Positions 10,149 to 20,743 are shown, counted from the first letter of the stretch. The stretch: 64,000 nt of DNA from Ruminococcus sp. UBA4383 (GCA_002389995.1 DGRR01000219.1:19103-83102), one strand, 5' to 3'. Made by a program: numbers and translations. Notes: generated by a model from the letters alone, not told the origin.

Positions 10149-12275
10149 TTAACCGTCAGTTGTGGCAGTAGTTACGGCAGTTGTTGTGGTATTGGTTGTA
10201 TCTGTATCTGTCGTGCCTGTACCCGTATCTGTTGTGGCAGTAGTTTCGGTTGTGGTAGTTGTATTGAAAACAAGCTGTTCTGCGGGGAGTTTATGATTTT
10301 TCGGCTTTACACCGTTAAGACCGTAACATTCCTGATATGATTTGAGAATATCCCTTATCATATACTTTGAAAATTCTCCGCCCTCGATAACTCCTGCAAA
10401 AGCTACTTCGGGCTTGTCAGCAGGTGCAAAACCTATGAAAAGTGAATTTTGTTTGCTTTTATCGTTCATATCTGTCTGGGGAGTACCTGTCTTTATGGCG
10501 ACTGTATAGCCGAGGTCATCAAGGGAATATTCATAGGGCATACTGTGTGAAGCATCTATCATTCCGTTGATTATATATTCATAGACATCGGGCTGTTTTA
10601 TTTCGATAGTTTCGGCAACTTCGGGCATGGTATTGCTTATGAGCTTGTTTGAGCCGTATGTGTAGAGACTGTCCACAAGGAAAGGCTTATATCTTACGCC
10701 CCTGTTTGCAATTGTACTTGCGGCAACGGCAAGCTGCAATGGAGTTATACCGCTTGACTGGTTTCCTATACCTGCCTGAATTACATATCCCACATACCAC
10801 GGCTCGCCCATTTTGGCGAAATATTCGGGACTGCAAAGGAATCCTTCCGCATCACCTGTTTCAATGCCTGTACTCTGTCCGAATCCGTAGAGATTTGCAT
10901 AGTGGTTTATAGTATCAATGCCGAGTTTGCTCGAAAGCTCATAGAAATAGCAGTTGCATGATACTTCAATGGCGTGTCTGACCGAGATTGCACCGTGAAA
11001 GCCTGTACACTGGAACATATAACCGTAAAAGTCATAGTACTGGTTGCATATGAATGTAGTATCGCCCTTTACAATTCCCTCATTAAGACCTGCGGTAGCT
11101 GTTACGGTCTTGAATGTTGAACCGGGGAGATATTGTCCGTAGGTACAGCGGTTGAACATGGGGGAGTTCGGGAGTTCCTGAATTTTCTCATAGTCGCTGA
11201 TATAGTCCTTCAAATTGTAAGTGGGAGCGTTAGCCATACCTTTTACCGCACCTGTTTTTGCGTCAAGGACTACAATTGCGCCCGCCTTTGCCATTCCTCC
11301 GTAATTAAATGATTCAAGAAATTTATCAAGTATTTCCTGAAGTTTAAGCTGATATGCGCCGTCAACGGTTAATTTTATAGTCTGTCCGGGGACGGTTTCC
11401 TTTGTAGTTCTCACATCTACGATAGTATCATTGAGGATAGTGACATCTTCCTTACCGTTTTCGCCTTTGAGCTGTTTTTCCATAGCGGATTCAATACCGC
11501 TTTTTCCGACAATATCATTGAGTGCATAGCCTTTTTCCTTGAGGGATTCATATTCTTCGGCATAGATAGGACCTACCGTACCGATTTCGTGCGGGAGGAT
11601 ATCGCCTCTTATTATATGTCTTTCGGCAGCGTCAACGGCTTCAATACCCTTATAGAGGTTACCGAGTTCTTTCATCTCGATAATAGTTTTTGGGTCAACA
11701 TTGCTTGCAAGAACCAAATCGTTGCTGTATGAAAATTCGCTTACAATCATTTCATATCTCATGCCTGCGATAATTCTTTTCTGATTCTCGGTATATTCAT
11801 CTGATATTTCGTAGTCGGAGATAAGCTTGTCAATGCAGTTCTGGGCAGTTGCGTAGACGTTGAGGCTTAATTTTTCTATTATCTCGGAATTGTCCTCGGA
11901 AGTAAATTCGTAGGGATATTCTTTTGTTATGGGAATACTCTCCTTGAAACGGTATCCTTTTTCTGCGAGTGTGCCGTATATATCGAGGAGTATTTTATTT
12001 CCCTCGGCATTGTCATCGGGGAAAAATGCCTTTTGCAGAACGAGGTCACATCTTTTGTCATTTGCGACCAACACATTTCCCTTATAGTCGAGGATTTCGC
12101 CACGGGTAGCCTTTATTTCCCTTTCATAGGTTATCGCCTGCGGGTCATATCTGCTCTGCATAGCGTCCTCACCCACGACCTGAATTTTCATTAATCTCAT
12201 TCCGCTTACAATGGTGAGGAACACAACAAGGGTAACTGTAAAAAATGCCTTTATACTGTCTGCAAGAGATTTCAA
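10149..12275 (-). CDS. mrdA: Class B penicillin-binding protein (PBP2/MrdA-like) with Thr-rich tail
   Basis: RGEILD, PGSTFK (SxxK), SCN, KTGT; follows mreBCD. Confidence 0.9.
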   Translation of the reverse strand: MKSLADSIKAFFTVTLVVFLTIVSGMRLMKIQVVGEDAMQSRYDPQAITYEREIKATRGEILDYKGNVLVANDKRCDLVLQKAFFPDDNAEGNKILLDIYGTLAEKGYRFKESIPITKEYPYEFTSEDNSEIIEKLSLNVYATAQNCIDKLISDYEISDEYTENQKRIIAGMRYEMIVSEFSYSNDLVLASNVDPKTIIEMKELGNLYKGIEAVDAAERHIIRGDILPHEIGTVGPIYAEEYESLKEKGYALNDIVGKSGIESAMEKQLKGENGKEDVTILNDTIVDVRTTKETVPGQTIKLTVDGAYQLKLQEILDKFLESFNYGGMAKAGAIVVLDAKTGAVKGMANAPTYNLKDYISDYEKIQELPNSPMFNRCTYGQYLPGSTFKTVTATAGLNEGIVKGDTTFICNQYYDFYGYMFQCTGFHGAISVRHAIEVSCNCYFYELSSKLGIDTINHYANLYGFGQSTGIETGDAEGFLCSPEYFAKMGEPWYVGYVIQAGIGNQSSGITPLQLAVAASTIANRGVRYKPFLVDSLYTYGSNKLISNTMPEVAETIEIKQPDVYEYIINGMIDASHSMPYEYSLDDLGYTVAIKTGTPQTDMNDKSKQNSLFIGFAPADKPEVAFAGVIEGGEFSKYMIRDILKSYQECYGLNGVKPKNHKLPAEQLVFNTTTTTETTATTDTGTGTTDTDTTNTTTTAVTTATTDG

Positions 12276-12279
12276 AAAA

Positions 12280-12870
12280 TCACTCCTTACTGAACTGAGT
12301 TATTCCACGGTTATTGTCTATTATTTCTTTTATGGTGAGATGTTCTCTCGGCATGAGCTTTTTGTTTATCAGTCTGAAAACAAGATAGACAAAAAGTGAT
12401 GATATGATTGTATAAGCCCATACTTTCAGAGTTTTCTCATAAAATATAATTTCTGCGTGGTCATACTGCCATATATTATAGTAAAATTCAAAGTCAAGAC
12501 AGCACTGTATAAATGATACCACTGCATTTATCCAGAAGAAATTTATAAACTTGTCCCTGAGATACAACTCAAAAAGAAGCGATACCGCCACGCAGAATAC
12601 CGTCAGCAATACCGCATTGTATCCGAAAAGCCGTCCGCACCCTACATCTATGAGAAATCCGCACACGGCTCCTGTAAATGCAGATGCCATAAGGTCATTG
12701 TTTACTGCTATGCAGAGTGCGGCAGGGACGAGAAGTATTGGTTTAGTCCATGTCCCTGCGTTCATTGTTGAAAAGAAAAGAATTATGATTATATAGTAAA
12801 CTATCCAGCGCAGGACGGTTTTTATATAGTATATTCTTTTTTCACGGGGCAGTCTGAGCTTCATCTGCAC
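12280..12870 (-). CDS. mreD: Rod shape-determining protein MreD
   Basis: Multi-TM protein with GFLID motif between mreC and pbp2. Confidence 0.85.
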   Translation of the reverse strand: MQMKLRLPREKRIYYIKTVLRWIVYYIIIILFFSTMNAGTWTKPILLVPAALCIAVNNDLMASAFTGAVCGFLIDVGCGRLFGYNAVLLTVFCVAVSLLFELYLRDKFINFFWINAVVSFIQCCLDFEFYYNIWQYDHAEIIFYEKTLKVWAYTIISSLFVYLVFRLINKKLMPREHLTIKEIIDNNRGITQFSKE

Positions 12871-13717
12871 CCTCCTTTTTACCTGTAAAATCCGTTATTA
12901 TGAAAACTGTACTCAGTCTTGTAACATCACAGCAAGGCTCTATTTCCGCACAGGCTGAAAGACCGTTTATTTCAAAGTCGGTACTTATCACAGTGCCTAT
13001 GGGGTAATCTTTCGGGAACATACCCGTATTGCCTGCGGTGACGATTAAATCACCTTCCTTGAGTTTATGGGCGGTTGACAGGTGGCTCATCTTGGTATGT
13101 CCGTCAGCCGCAGTCAGCACAGTCCCCTCAATTACGCCGTAGTCGGCATTTGTAGAAGAAGCAATAGCCGCCACAGACAAATCAGGTGAAAGAATAGTTC
13201 TTACTGTTGAACTTTTTTCGGATACTTCGACAGTCATTCCCACAAGCCCGTCAGAAGTTATAACGGGGCTGAAAGGTTCTATTCCGTCAGCCTTACCCTT
13301 ATCGACAGTAAACGACCTGAACGGGTCATTTGTGATATATCCGAGGACTTCCGCAGGCATTGACATATCGAGTTCGGGGTATTCCTCTTTCATATCGGCA
13401 AATTTACGCAGTTCCTCGACTTCCGCCTTCAAATCGTCATATTCGGCAAGTTTTCTGTTGAGTTCGTTTATTCTTTCTTTAAGCTGCTGATTTTCCTCAT
13501 AATATTTATCGGGGCTGAATATCTTATCCGAGATACGTTCAAACTCCATGCCTATTGAATTTGAAACGGATTTAAGCGGCTGGGTTATCATATTTATGAG
13601 TGATGCCGCAGAGAGCGAATATCCGCCCTTTGTTACGCCATATATCATTATTCCCACAAGAAAGGCTATAAATACAATCAGAACCCTGAATCTTGTGCTT
13701 TTAACAAAACTTTTCAA
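12842..13717 (-). CDS. mreC: Rod shape-determining protein MreC
   Basis: TM plus coiled coil, VDKGKADGI, GLVG, FPKDYPIGTV. Confidence 0.93.
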   Translation of the reverse strand: MKSFVKSTRFRVLIVFIAFLVGIMIYGVTKGGYSLSAASLINMITQPLKSVSNSIGMEFERISDKIFSPDKYYEENQQLKERINELNRKLAEYDDLKAEVEELRKFADMKEEYPELDMSMPAEVLGYITNDPFRSFTVDKGKADGIEPFSPVITSDGLVGMTVEVSEKSSTVRTILSPDLSVAAIASSTNADYGVIEGTVLTAADGHTKMSHLSTAHKLKEGDLIVTAGNTGMFPKDYPIGTVISTDFEINGLSACAEIEPCCDVTRLSTVFIITDFTGKKEGADEAQTAP

Positions 13718-13736
13718 TTATCTACCCCCGTGAGTA

Positions 13737-14753
13737 TCAATAATATCTTACATTTTCCATGAGAGCGTCCTGATAGTCGCTGATATTTTCAAGAATTTTG
13801 CCTGTACCCTCCGCAACGCAGTCGAGGGGATATTCCGCAATATATACAGGCATACCTGTTTCACGGTTGATAAGCCTGTCGAGACCTCTGAGCAAAGCAC
13901 CGCCTCCTGCGAGGGTAATTCCGTGGTCGATTATATCCGCAGACAGTTCGGGCGGAGTTTCTTCGAGGGTACTTTTTATAGCGTCAATGACTTTTGCAAG
14001 CGGTTCAACGAGAGCGTCCCTTATTTCCGCAGAACTTACGCTTACATTTTCGGGCAGACCGTTGAGGAGGTTTCTGCCTTTTATTTCGAGGCTTTCCTCC
14101 TTGCTTCCGGGGAAAGCCGAGCCGATTTCGATTTTTATATTTTCGGCAGTTCTTTCGCCTATGAGGAGGTTATATTTTTTCTTGATATAATTTATAATTG
14201 ACGCATCGAACTCATCGCCTGCACATCTTATAGACCTTGCGGCGACTATTCCGCCGAGTGAGATTACAGCGACTTCGCTTGTACCGCCTCCGATATCTAC
14301 AATCATGCTTCCTTCGGGGGCATTTGTAGGCAGACCCGCACCTATGGCAGCCGCCATGGGTTCTTCAATGATGAGGACGTTGTTTGCTCCTGCTTTTTTG
14401 CAGGCTTCACGCACGGCACGTCTTTCGACAGCGGTAACACCTGACGGAATACATATAATTACGTTTGCCTTTGTGAGAAATCTTCCACGCAGGGCTTTTT
14501 TGATAAACTCCTGAAGGAGAGTTGTAGCGATGTCGAAATCCGCAATAACTCCGTCTTTCAGAGGTCTTACAGCGACTATTGACCCCGGTGTCCTGCCGAT
14601 TACTTCTTTTGCTTCCATGCCGACATATCTTGTCTTGTCGGTTCTGGTATTCACGGCAACGACAGAGGGTTCTCTGATTATTATACCCTTTCCTCGCATA
14701 TATATCAAGGTATTTGCAGTACCGAGGTCTATACCTATATCTTTTGTAAACAT
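13737..14753 (-). CDS. mreB: Actin-like rod shape protein MreB
   Basis: IGIDLGTANT, EPMAAAIGAG, DIGGGT, GGGALL. Confidence 0.97.
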   Translation of the reverse strand: MFTKDIGIDLGTANTLIYMRGKGIIIREPSVVAVNTRTDKTRYVGMEAKEVIGRTPGSIVAVRPLKDGVIADFDIATTLLQEFIKKALRGRFLTKANVIICIPSGVTAVERRAVREACKKAGANNVLIIEEPMAAAIGAGLPTNAPEGSMIVDIGGGTSEVAVISLGGIVAARSIRCAGDEFDASIINYIKKKYNLLIGERTAENIKIEIGSAFPGSKEESLEIKGRNLLNGLPENVSVSSAEIRDALVEPLAKVIDAIKSTLEETPPELSADIIDHGITLAGGGALLRGLDRLINRETGMPVYIAEYPLDCVAEGTGKILENISDYQDALMENVRYY

Positions 14754-14830
14754 TTTGAAGCTCCTTGCTTTCTTGAATATCTTTTTATCTATGTATATAA
14801 GGGATTACGGACTTTCCGTCCGCAGGAAAT

Positions 14831-15085
14831 TTATCCGAAGAGTTTCGGTGCAGTCTTGTAATAAGCGAATATTGCGACAAATATCATTATTATCTGTGCT
14901 ATGCTGATATTTACCGTTATGCCGAAAGTAAGCGCAATTATCTGTATATCTATGAATCTCCCCGGTTCAAAGGAAAATCTTGTGACATATCCGAGCCACC
15001 ACAGTGAACCGTCTGCAATACTTCCGATAAAGCCTCCGAGGGTTATTGCAGCAAGAATAAGAATTATAAAATAGAATTTCTTCAT
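14831..15085 (-). CDS. Small membrane protein (DUF4321-like)
   Basis: 84 aa with two hydrophobic regions, LTFGITVNISI; RBS AGGAG; typical position upstream of mreB. Confidence 0.7.
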   Translation of the reverse strand: MKKFYFIILILAAITLGGFIGSIADGSLWWLGYVTRFSFEPGRFIDIQIIALTFGITVNISIAQIIMIFVAIFAYYKTAPKLFG

Positions 15086-15096
15086 CTTTTTCTCCT

Positions 15097-15534
15097 TTAT
15101 ATTCCTGACGAGCCGAAACCGCCCTCGCCACGCTTAGTATCGTCAAGGCTTCCGCTGACTTCTATTTCGGGAAAGAGGACTCTTGTGGGGACAAGCTGGG
15201 CTATTCTCATTCCGTTTGTCACGGTAAACGGTTCTTTTCCGTGATTGATGAGCGGAATAAACCATTCTCCCCTGTAATCGCTGTCAACAACTCCCACGCA
15301 GTTTGCAAGGCTTACGCCGTATTTTGAGGATAATCCTGAGCGTGGGTATATGAGCATTGCGACATCTGTGCAGTCTGTCTGTGCTTTGAGACCTGTGGGA
15401 ATCATTTTTATTTCACCCTGATTAAGTGTTACAGGTTCATCGAGGCAGGCGGATATATCAAGTCCTGCGCTTGATTCTGTGGCACGGGAGGGTATTACTG
15501 CGTTTTTGTGTATTTTTTTGAATATGATTTTCAT
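15097..15534 (-). CDS. dut: dUTP diphosphatase
   Basis: AGLD, PRSGL, GVVDSDYRGE, RIAQ, RGEGGFGSSG. Confidence 0.97.
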   Translation of the reverse strand: MKIIFKKIHKNAVIPSRATESSAGLDISACLDEPVTLNQGEIKMIPTGLKAQTDCTDVAMLIYPRSGLSSKYGVSLANCVGVVDSDYRGEWFIPLINHGKEPFTVTNGMRIAQLVPTRVLFPEIEVSGSLDDTKRGEGGFGSSGI

Positions 15535-17573
15535 TTTACTTCCTGCAAACCTTTCTTATACAGTCCTCTTGTGATGTTGCCGGGTGGTTTTTTTCCTGAG
15601 AGAATATTTTTTGTCTGCTGTGCATTTTCGTCCGAGAGCATAACAATGCCGAAGCTTACATTTTCGGGGATATCGTCAATATAGAGTATATCGGGGTTAA
15701 GAATCTCGGTATATCCCGCATGGCAGAGAACGGGGAGATTTCTTTTAGTACGGTCTGTTATGAATCCCGTGCAGTTTTTACAGCCGATTTCGTTTTTTAT
15801 GGGACAGTTGACCGTAAGCATTAGGGGAATTTTACCGTATATGAGCATACCTGTTTCAATTTCCGAATGGAGCTGTAAATACTGGGATTTTTTAGCTTCA
15901 AACGAGAAAACGCAGTCTTTCAGACCGATATTTTTCATACATTCCGCACTGTACGAATTGAAGATATTGAGAGTATAGCTTCCGTGGAGTTCAAAGCCGA
16001 GTTTTTTACCGATTGCAATACAGTCGGGAGTATGGCAGAAAAGGCGGTTTATGCCGAATTTATCCCTTATATATTCAAGGGACTGCATGACTTTATCCTC
16101 ATCGTGAATGAATCTGGGAGGTGACAATATTATCTTTTCCGCCATATATGTTATTTCATTAAGCATAGGTTCTGAGAGGCTTATATTCTCATCAGTTATT
16201 ATGTATTCGGAATATTCATAAGCGGCTTTTGCCTGCTGTATACTGCGGCAGAATGTACGCAGGCGGAATTTTTCGGGCTTTGAAGGCAGTTTCTGCGGCA
16301 TTTTGGGGGTATAATCCGTAATATTGTAGACGGGAGTATTTTTCCTGATGATATTTTCCGAGAGCTTTTCAGAAATATTCCTGCGGAGAGCGTTTAATTT
16401 TCCGGCAGGGACGAAAAGACCGTCATCAATATCCGCTGAAAAATTTCTGACTTTAAAGACGGTATCGCCCGTTTTTGAAAGCTGTTTTCCGAGCGTGGCG
16501 GAATCAGCAGGGGTTTTAAGGGCTTTATCGGGGATATCACCGCATACCATAACGGAAATATCATCACATTTCGCAGTTATTTCGAGGGGCTGACCGCATT
16601 TCATTACACAGTGGATATCGACATCATGGACTTGTCTTTCATTTCTGTAAAGTTCATGTATTTTCGGGATAAGTTCACGGGCGGAAACAACGTCCTCTTT
16701 TTCACGCTGACCGAACATATTCAATTTTCTGCCTGTAAAATATCCGTCAGTGAAACCGCTTCTTGAAAATATTCCCTTTAAGGTCTGCATATCGGGTTTT
16801 TCACCGTCAAGGGATTTTTTAAGTTCATTCACAGCGGAAGCGACATATTCGGGTCTTTTCATTCTTCCCTCGATTTTGAGGGAATCAACGCCTATTTCCC
16901 TGAGTTCGTCAATTTTCGGGATAAGGGACAAATCTTTGAGTGAAAGCGCACAGTAATTTTTATTTCCGCATGATGAATACGGCAGTCTGCAAGCCTGTCC
17001 GCAGCAGCCACGGTTTGCCGAACGTGAACCGATAACCGCTGACATATAGCACTGTCCTGAAACTGACATACAGAGCGCACCGTGTACAAAAACTTCCGTT
17101 TCGGTATTTAGGGCGCATATTTTCGCAAGAGTATTCTTACTGCATTCCCTTGCGGGGACAATTCTGACATAGCCGAGATTTCCGAGAAATTCCGCACCTA
17201 TGGCGGTATGCACCGACATCTGCGTAGATGCATGGATAACGGAATCGGGAACGGCATTTTTTATAATCTGTGCCGCACCCCAGTCCTGCACGATACAGCC
17301 GTCAATGCCTGCGCTGTGAAGGAATTTTATGTATGTGCAGAATTTTTCTGTTTCGCTGTCGGAAATAATTGTATTGACGGCAATATATAATTTAGCCGAA
17401 TACAGGTGACATAATTTTACAGCCTCGGTTATTTCATCATCTGTGAAATTGACTGCGCTGTTTCTTGCGGAGAAATATTTACCTCCTGCATAGACTGCAT
17501 CTGCACCGCAGCGCAGGGCTGCACGGAGAGTTTCCATACTTCCTGCGGGGGCGAGTATTTCGGGGTTAATCAT
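15531..17573 (-). CDS. U32 family peptidase-like protein (RlhA-type rRNA hydroxylation candidate)
   Basis: PEILAPAG, HASTQ, HGALCMSVSGQC, NRGCCGQACR Cys cluster, KIEGRMK; long C-terminal extension. Confidence 0.9.
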   Translation of the reverse strand: MINPEILAPAGSMETLRAALRCGADAVYAGGKYFSARNSAVNFTDDEITEAVKLCHLYSAKLYIAVNTIISDSETEKFCTYIKFLHSAGIDGCIVQDWGAAQIIKNAVPDSVIHASTQMSVHTAIGAEFLGNLGYVRIVPARECSKNTLAKICALNTETEVFVHGALCMSVSGQCYMSAVIGSRSANRGCCGQACRLPYSSCGNKNYCALSLKDLSLIPKIDELREIGVDSLKIEGRMKRPEYVASAVNELKKSLDGEKPDMQTLKGIFSRSGFTDGYFTGRKLNMFGQREKEDVVSARELIPKIHELYRNERQVHDVDIHCVMKCGQPLEITAKCDDISVMVCGDIPDKALKTPADSATLGKQLSKTGDTVFKVRNFSADIDDGLFVPAGKLNALRRNISEKLSENIIRKNTPVYNITDYTPKMPQKLPSKPEKFRLRTFCRSIQQAKAAYEYSEYIITDENISLSEPMLNEITYMAEKIILSPPRFIHDEDKVMQSLEYIRDKFGINRLFCHTPDCIAIGKKLGFELHGSYTLNIFNSYSAECMKNIGLKDCVFSFEAKKSQYLQLHSEIETGMLIYGKIPLMLTVNCPIKNEIGCKNCTGFITDRTKRNLPVLCHAGYTEILNPDILYIDDIPENVSFGIVMLSDENAQQTKNILSGKKPPGNITRGLYKKGLQEVK

Positions 17574-17941
17574 CAGGCGTTATCCTTTGCCCTCTGCATT
17601 TTGACGATATTTTCGAGCTGTGCGACTTTGGCTTTAAGGATTTCCATTTCCTTGACGGCGGTATCTCTTTCCATTCTGACTTTACCTGCTTCGCTGACGT
17701 ATTCCTTAGCCTGATTTCTTATATTGTCGAGTCTCTGGTTAGCCTTGTTGAGGTCGTCAAGGATAGTGAGTGCGACCATTATTGCGGCAGAATACGGAGA
17801 TGCGCCGTTTGAGGAAACTTCATTTATTTTACCTTCCAGAGCCCTTGCGAGTGCAAAGACATAGTTGGGGGATTCTGCGGTTTTGAGTTTATATTCTTTT
17901 CCGCAGATTACGATTTTTATTTCATTTTTTATTTCTTCCAT
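17573..17941 (-). CDS. zapA: Cell division protein ZapA
   Basis: IVICGKEYKL N-terminus, AAIMVAL, C-terminal coiled coil. Confidence 0.88.
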   Translation of the reverse strand: MEEIKNEIKIVICGKEYKLKTAESPNYVFALARALEGKINEVSSNGASPYSAAIMVALTILDDLNKANQRLDNIRNQAKEYVSEAGKVRMERDTAVKEMEILKAKVAQLENIVKMQRAKDNA

Positions 17942-17971
17942 TTTGAATGTCCCTTCTCTGTTCCTGTTATA

Positions 17972-18559
17972 TCAGTAATATCTCTTTAATCCGACAACTT
18001 TGCCGAGGATATCGACTTTATCGAGGATTATGGGTTTCATCGTGTCATTTTCGGGCTGGAGGCGGTAGTGACCGTTTTCCTTATAGAAACGTTTTACGGT
18101 AGCGTCCTCACCGTCAATGAAAGCGACTACTATATCACCGTTTTCCGCATAGCTGACGCTTTTGACGATGACGATATCACCGTCAAGGATACCTGCGTTT
18201 ACCATACTTTCGCCCTTTACCCTGAGAGCGAAAAGGTCTTTGGGGTCAACACCGCTTATCTCGAAATTTATATATCCTGTTATATCCTCATATGCGGTTA
18301 TGGGCTGACCTGCTGTTACAGTACCCATTACGGGAACGGAAACAGATGCGCTGTTGGGAAGTCTGAGAGAGCGGTTGAGACTGCCTGTTTTTTCGATAAG
18401 ACCGTCCGCAGCGAGAGCCTCGATATATCTGTGAGCGGTTGAAGTGGATTTAAAGCCCATGTAGTCCATGATTTCTCTTACAGACGGAGATATACCGCTG
18501 CCGAGTCTTTCCTTGATGTAGTTAAAAACCTCAATTTTTTTCTGATTTGACATAATCAT
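17972..18559 (-). CDS. lexA: SOS repressor LexA
   Basis: PSVREI..STST winged helix, Ala-Gly cleavage site VTAGQP, GESM, TVKR. Confidence 0.95.
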   Translation of the reverse strand: MIMSNQKKIEVFNYIKERLGSGISPSVREIMDYMGFKSTSTAHRYIEALAADGLIEKTGSLNRSLRLPNSASVSVPVMGTVTAGQPITAYEDITGYINFEISGVDPKDLFALRVKGESMVNAGILDGDIVIVKSVSYAENGDIVVAFIDGEDATVKRFYKENGHYRLQPENDTMKPIILDKVDILGKVVGLKRYY

Positions 18560-19971
18560 TCCTCCTCGGATAATTTTTTGAGTATCATTCTTGCTATTTT
18601 ATATGCATCACCGCAGCCGAGAGTTATAACGAGGTCACCCTCCTGAGCGTGACTGCAAATATAATCGCATATCTGGCTGAAATTGGAATATTTTCTTTCG
18701 TCAGTCCATTCCTCCTCCTCATTCTGCGGAAACCATATGCAGTTCGGGATTTTTTCTGCGAGGTGGCGGGTAAATATTCCGTATGTGTTTTTTTCTCTGC
18801 TGCCCATTATATCGGTAAGAACAGCGTGGTCGGGAATTTGCAGAACTCTTGCGAAATCGTCAAGAAGAAGTTTGGTTCTGCTGAAAGTAAAGGGCTGGAA
18901 AACTGCCCATACTTTATTGAAATTCATTTCCATAGCGGCATTGAGAGTTGCTTCGAGTTCGGTGGGGTGGTGGGCATAGTCATCGACAACGGTTATGCCT
19001 TTTTCGCAGCCGAGTTTTTCAAAGCGTCTTTTTGCGCCTCTGAAATCTTCAAGACCTTTCTGAATAAAGCTGAAATCAACACCGCATTCTCTTGCCGCAG
19101 CGACTGCCGCAAGCGAATTTAAAACATTGTGTATACCTGCCACATGGAGTGTGACAGTGCCGAGTTTTTCGCCTTTGTACATGGCATCATAAACAGTTAA
19201 AAGACCGTTTTCGTGCTTTACGTTTTCGGGGTAGTAGTCGCATGAACTGTCTTTGCCGAAAGTTATGATTTTCTTATCGAGACCGTTTACAGCTTTCATG
19301 GTATTTTCGTCAGAACCGTTTACTATGAGAAGTTTTGAGGTATTCTGTGCAAATTTTCTGAAAGATGCGATGATATTTTCAAGAGTACCGAAATAGTCGA
19401 GGTGGTCTGCGTCTATATTCAATATTACTGCGATATCGGGGAAAAGTTTAAGGTAATGGTCTTCAAATTCGCATGATTCACAGACGAGTATATCACTTTT
19501 GCCTGCTATGCCGCTGCCGCCTATGCAGGGGAGTTTTCCGCCTATATATGCGGACAGGTCAACGCCTGCGGTATAGAGAATCTGAGTTATCATTGAAGTG
19601 GTTGAAGTTTTGCCGTGAGTACCTGAAACGCAGACTGCATTACTGTACCAGCCTGTAATTATGCCAAGGAGGTCAGCCCTTTCGAGTACGGGAATACCGC
19701 TTGCCCTTGCCGCCATGAGTTCGGGGTTATCCTCCATGATAGCGGCTGTATGGACGATTAAATCCGCACCCTTTATATTTTCGGCTTTCTGACCGATAAA
19801 TACTTCGATACCCATTTTTCTGACAGCATCGAGAGTTTCAGTCTCGTTGTTGTCGCTTCCCGTGAGGAAATAGCCCTGTGAATGGAGAATCTGTGCGAGG
19901 GGATACATACCGCTTCCGCCTATGCCGATAAAATGTATATGTTTTTTGTCATTCAAGATATTAATATCCAA
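18556..19971 (-). CDS. murC: UDP-N-acetylmuramate--L-alanine ligase
   Basis: HFIGIGGSGM, GTHGKT, DHLD, DDYAHHPTE, FQPFTFSRT; TTG 19971 follows AAAGGTGA. Confidence 0.96.
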   Translation of the reverse strand: MDINILNDKKHIHFIGIGGSGMYPLAQILHSQGYFLTGSDNNETETLDAVRKMGIEVFIGQKAENIKGADLIVHTAAIMEDNPELMAARASGIPVLERADLLGIITGWYSNAVCVSGTHGKTSTTSMITQILYTAGVDLSAYIGGKLPCIGGSGIAGKSDILVCESCEFEDHYLKLFPDIAVILNIDADHLDYFGTLENIIASFRKFAQNTSKLLIVNGSDENTMKAVNGLDKKIITFGKDSSCDYYPENVKHENGLLTVYDAMYKGEKLGTVTLHVAGIHNVLNSLAAVAAARECGVDFSFIQKGLEDFRGAKRRFEKLGCEKGITVVDDYAHHPTELEATLNAAMEMNFNKVWAVFQPFTFSRTKLLLDDFARVLQIPDHAVLTDIMGSREKNTYGIFTRHLAEKIPNCIWFPQNEEEEWTDERKYSNFSQICDYICSHAQEGDLVITLGCGDAYKIARMILKKLSEEE

Positions 19972-19988
19972 AAAAATCACCTTTCCTA

Positions 19989-20020
19989 AATTCATAATCC
20001 ATAATTCACAATTCATAATT
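19989..20020. repeat. 7-bp tandem repeat in the murC leader
   Basis: AATTCAT AATCCAT AATTCAC AATTCAT AATT. Confidence 0.75.
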
Positions 20021-20191
20021 TAATGCAGAATAATGAATTAATCAGCACTACTATTATTATACAATAAACCTCTTAATATTTCAATAGGCGAATTAAATTT
20101 TCTTCACATTCTCACATTCAAAAAAGTATATTATTCGTTTATTTATGTATTTTTATGCATACAGTACATAAAGTACATATTAATCAGGCTA

Positions 20192-20220
20192 TTGACAGAA
20201 ATATTTATATATGTTAAAAT
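20192..20220 (+). promoter_or_regulatory. Sigma-A promoter (extended -10) of the ECF operon
   Basis: TTGACA-17 nt-TAAAAT with upstream TG. Confidence 0.7.
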
Positions 20221-20269
20221 AATTATGATATATAATTTTAAATGCTCCGCATTTACAGGGGGTGATAAA

Positions 20270-20743
20270 TTGATTGAAAAGGAAAGGTGCAATGAAATAA
20301 TAAGCCAGTATTACACCGAAATATATAATTACTGCTTTGCCCGTATGAATTTCGACAGCTATGCCGCAGAGGACTGCACTCAGGAGGTTTTTATAACGCT
20401 TTTCCGCAAAATCAAAGACCTCGATGATGATAATATACGACTATGGCTTTACAGAAGTGCAGACAATATAATGAATACTTACAGGCGTAAGAATATAAGA
20501 AATGATTTGAGTTTGGAGGAAAGCCCCGAAGTACGGAATACTGCCGAAAATCCCTTTGATAAAGATAACGGGGAAAGTATTCTGGATATCCTCGATGATG
20601 AGGAAGTAAAAATAGTGAGGGAATATTACTCCTCCGATTACGGGGATAAAAAATCTGTCGCAAAAAAACTCGGTCTTTCAGTAACTGCACTCTATCAGAA
20701 AATACATAAAATAAAAGATAAATTAAAGAAACATAAAAATTAA
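20270..20743 (+). CDS. ECF RNA polymerase sigma factor
   Basis: Region 2 AEDCTQEVF...WLYRSA and region 4 VAKKLGLSVTALYQKIHKI; TTG after GGGGGTGA. Confidence 0.88.
   Translation: MIEKERCNEIISQYYTEIYNYCFARMNFDSYAAEDCTQEVFITLFRKIKDLDDDNIRLWLYRSADNIMNTYRRKNIRNDLSLEESPEVRNTAENPFDKDNGESILDILDDEEVKIVREYYSSDYGDKKSVAKKLGLSVTALYQKIHKIKDKLKKHKN

Noticed and set aside
19972-20016. N-terminal extensions in the ORF track (murC, DUF4317, rsmB, def, ECF sigma, PNPOx-like, aldolase)
   Set aside because: Downstream starts have proper RBSs and family-typical N-termini; the extensions overlap promoters or neighbouring genes.
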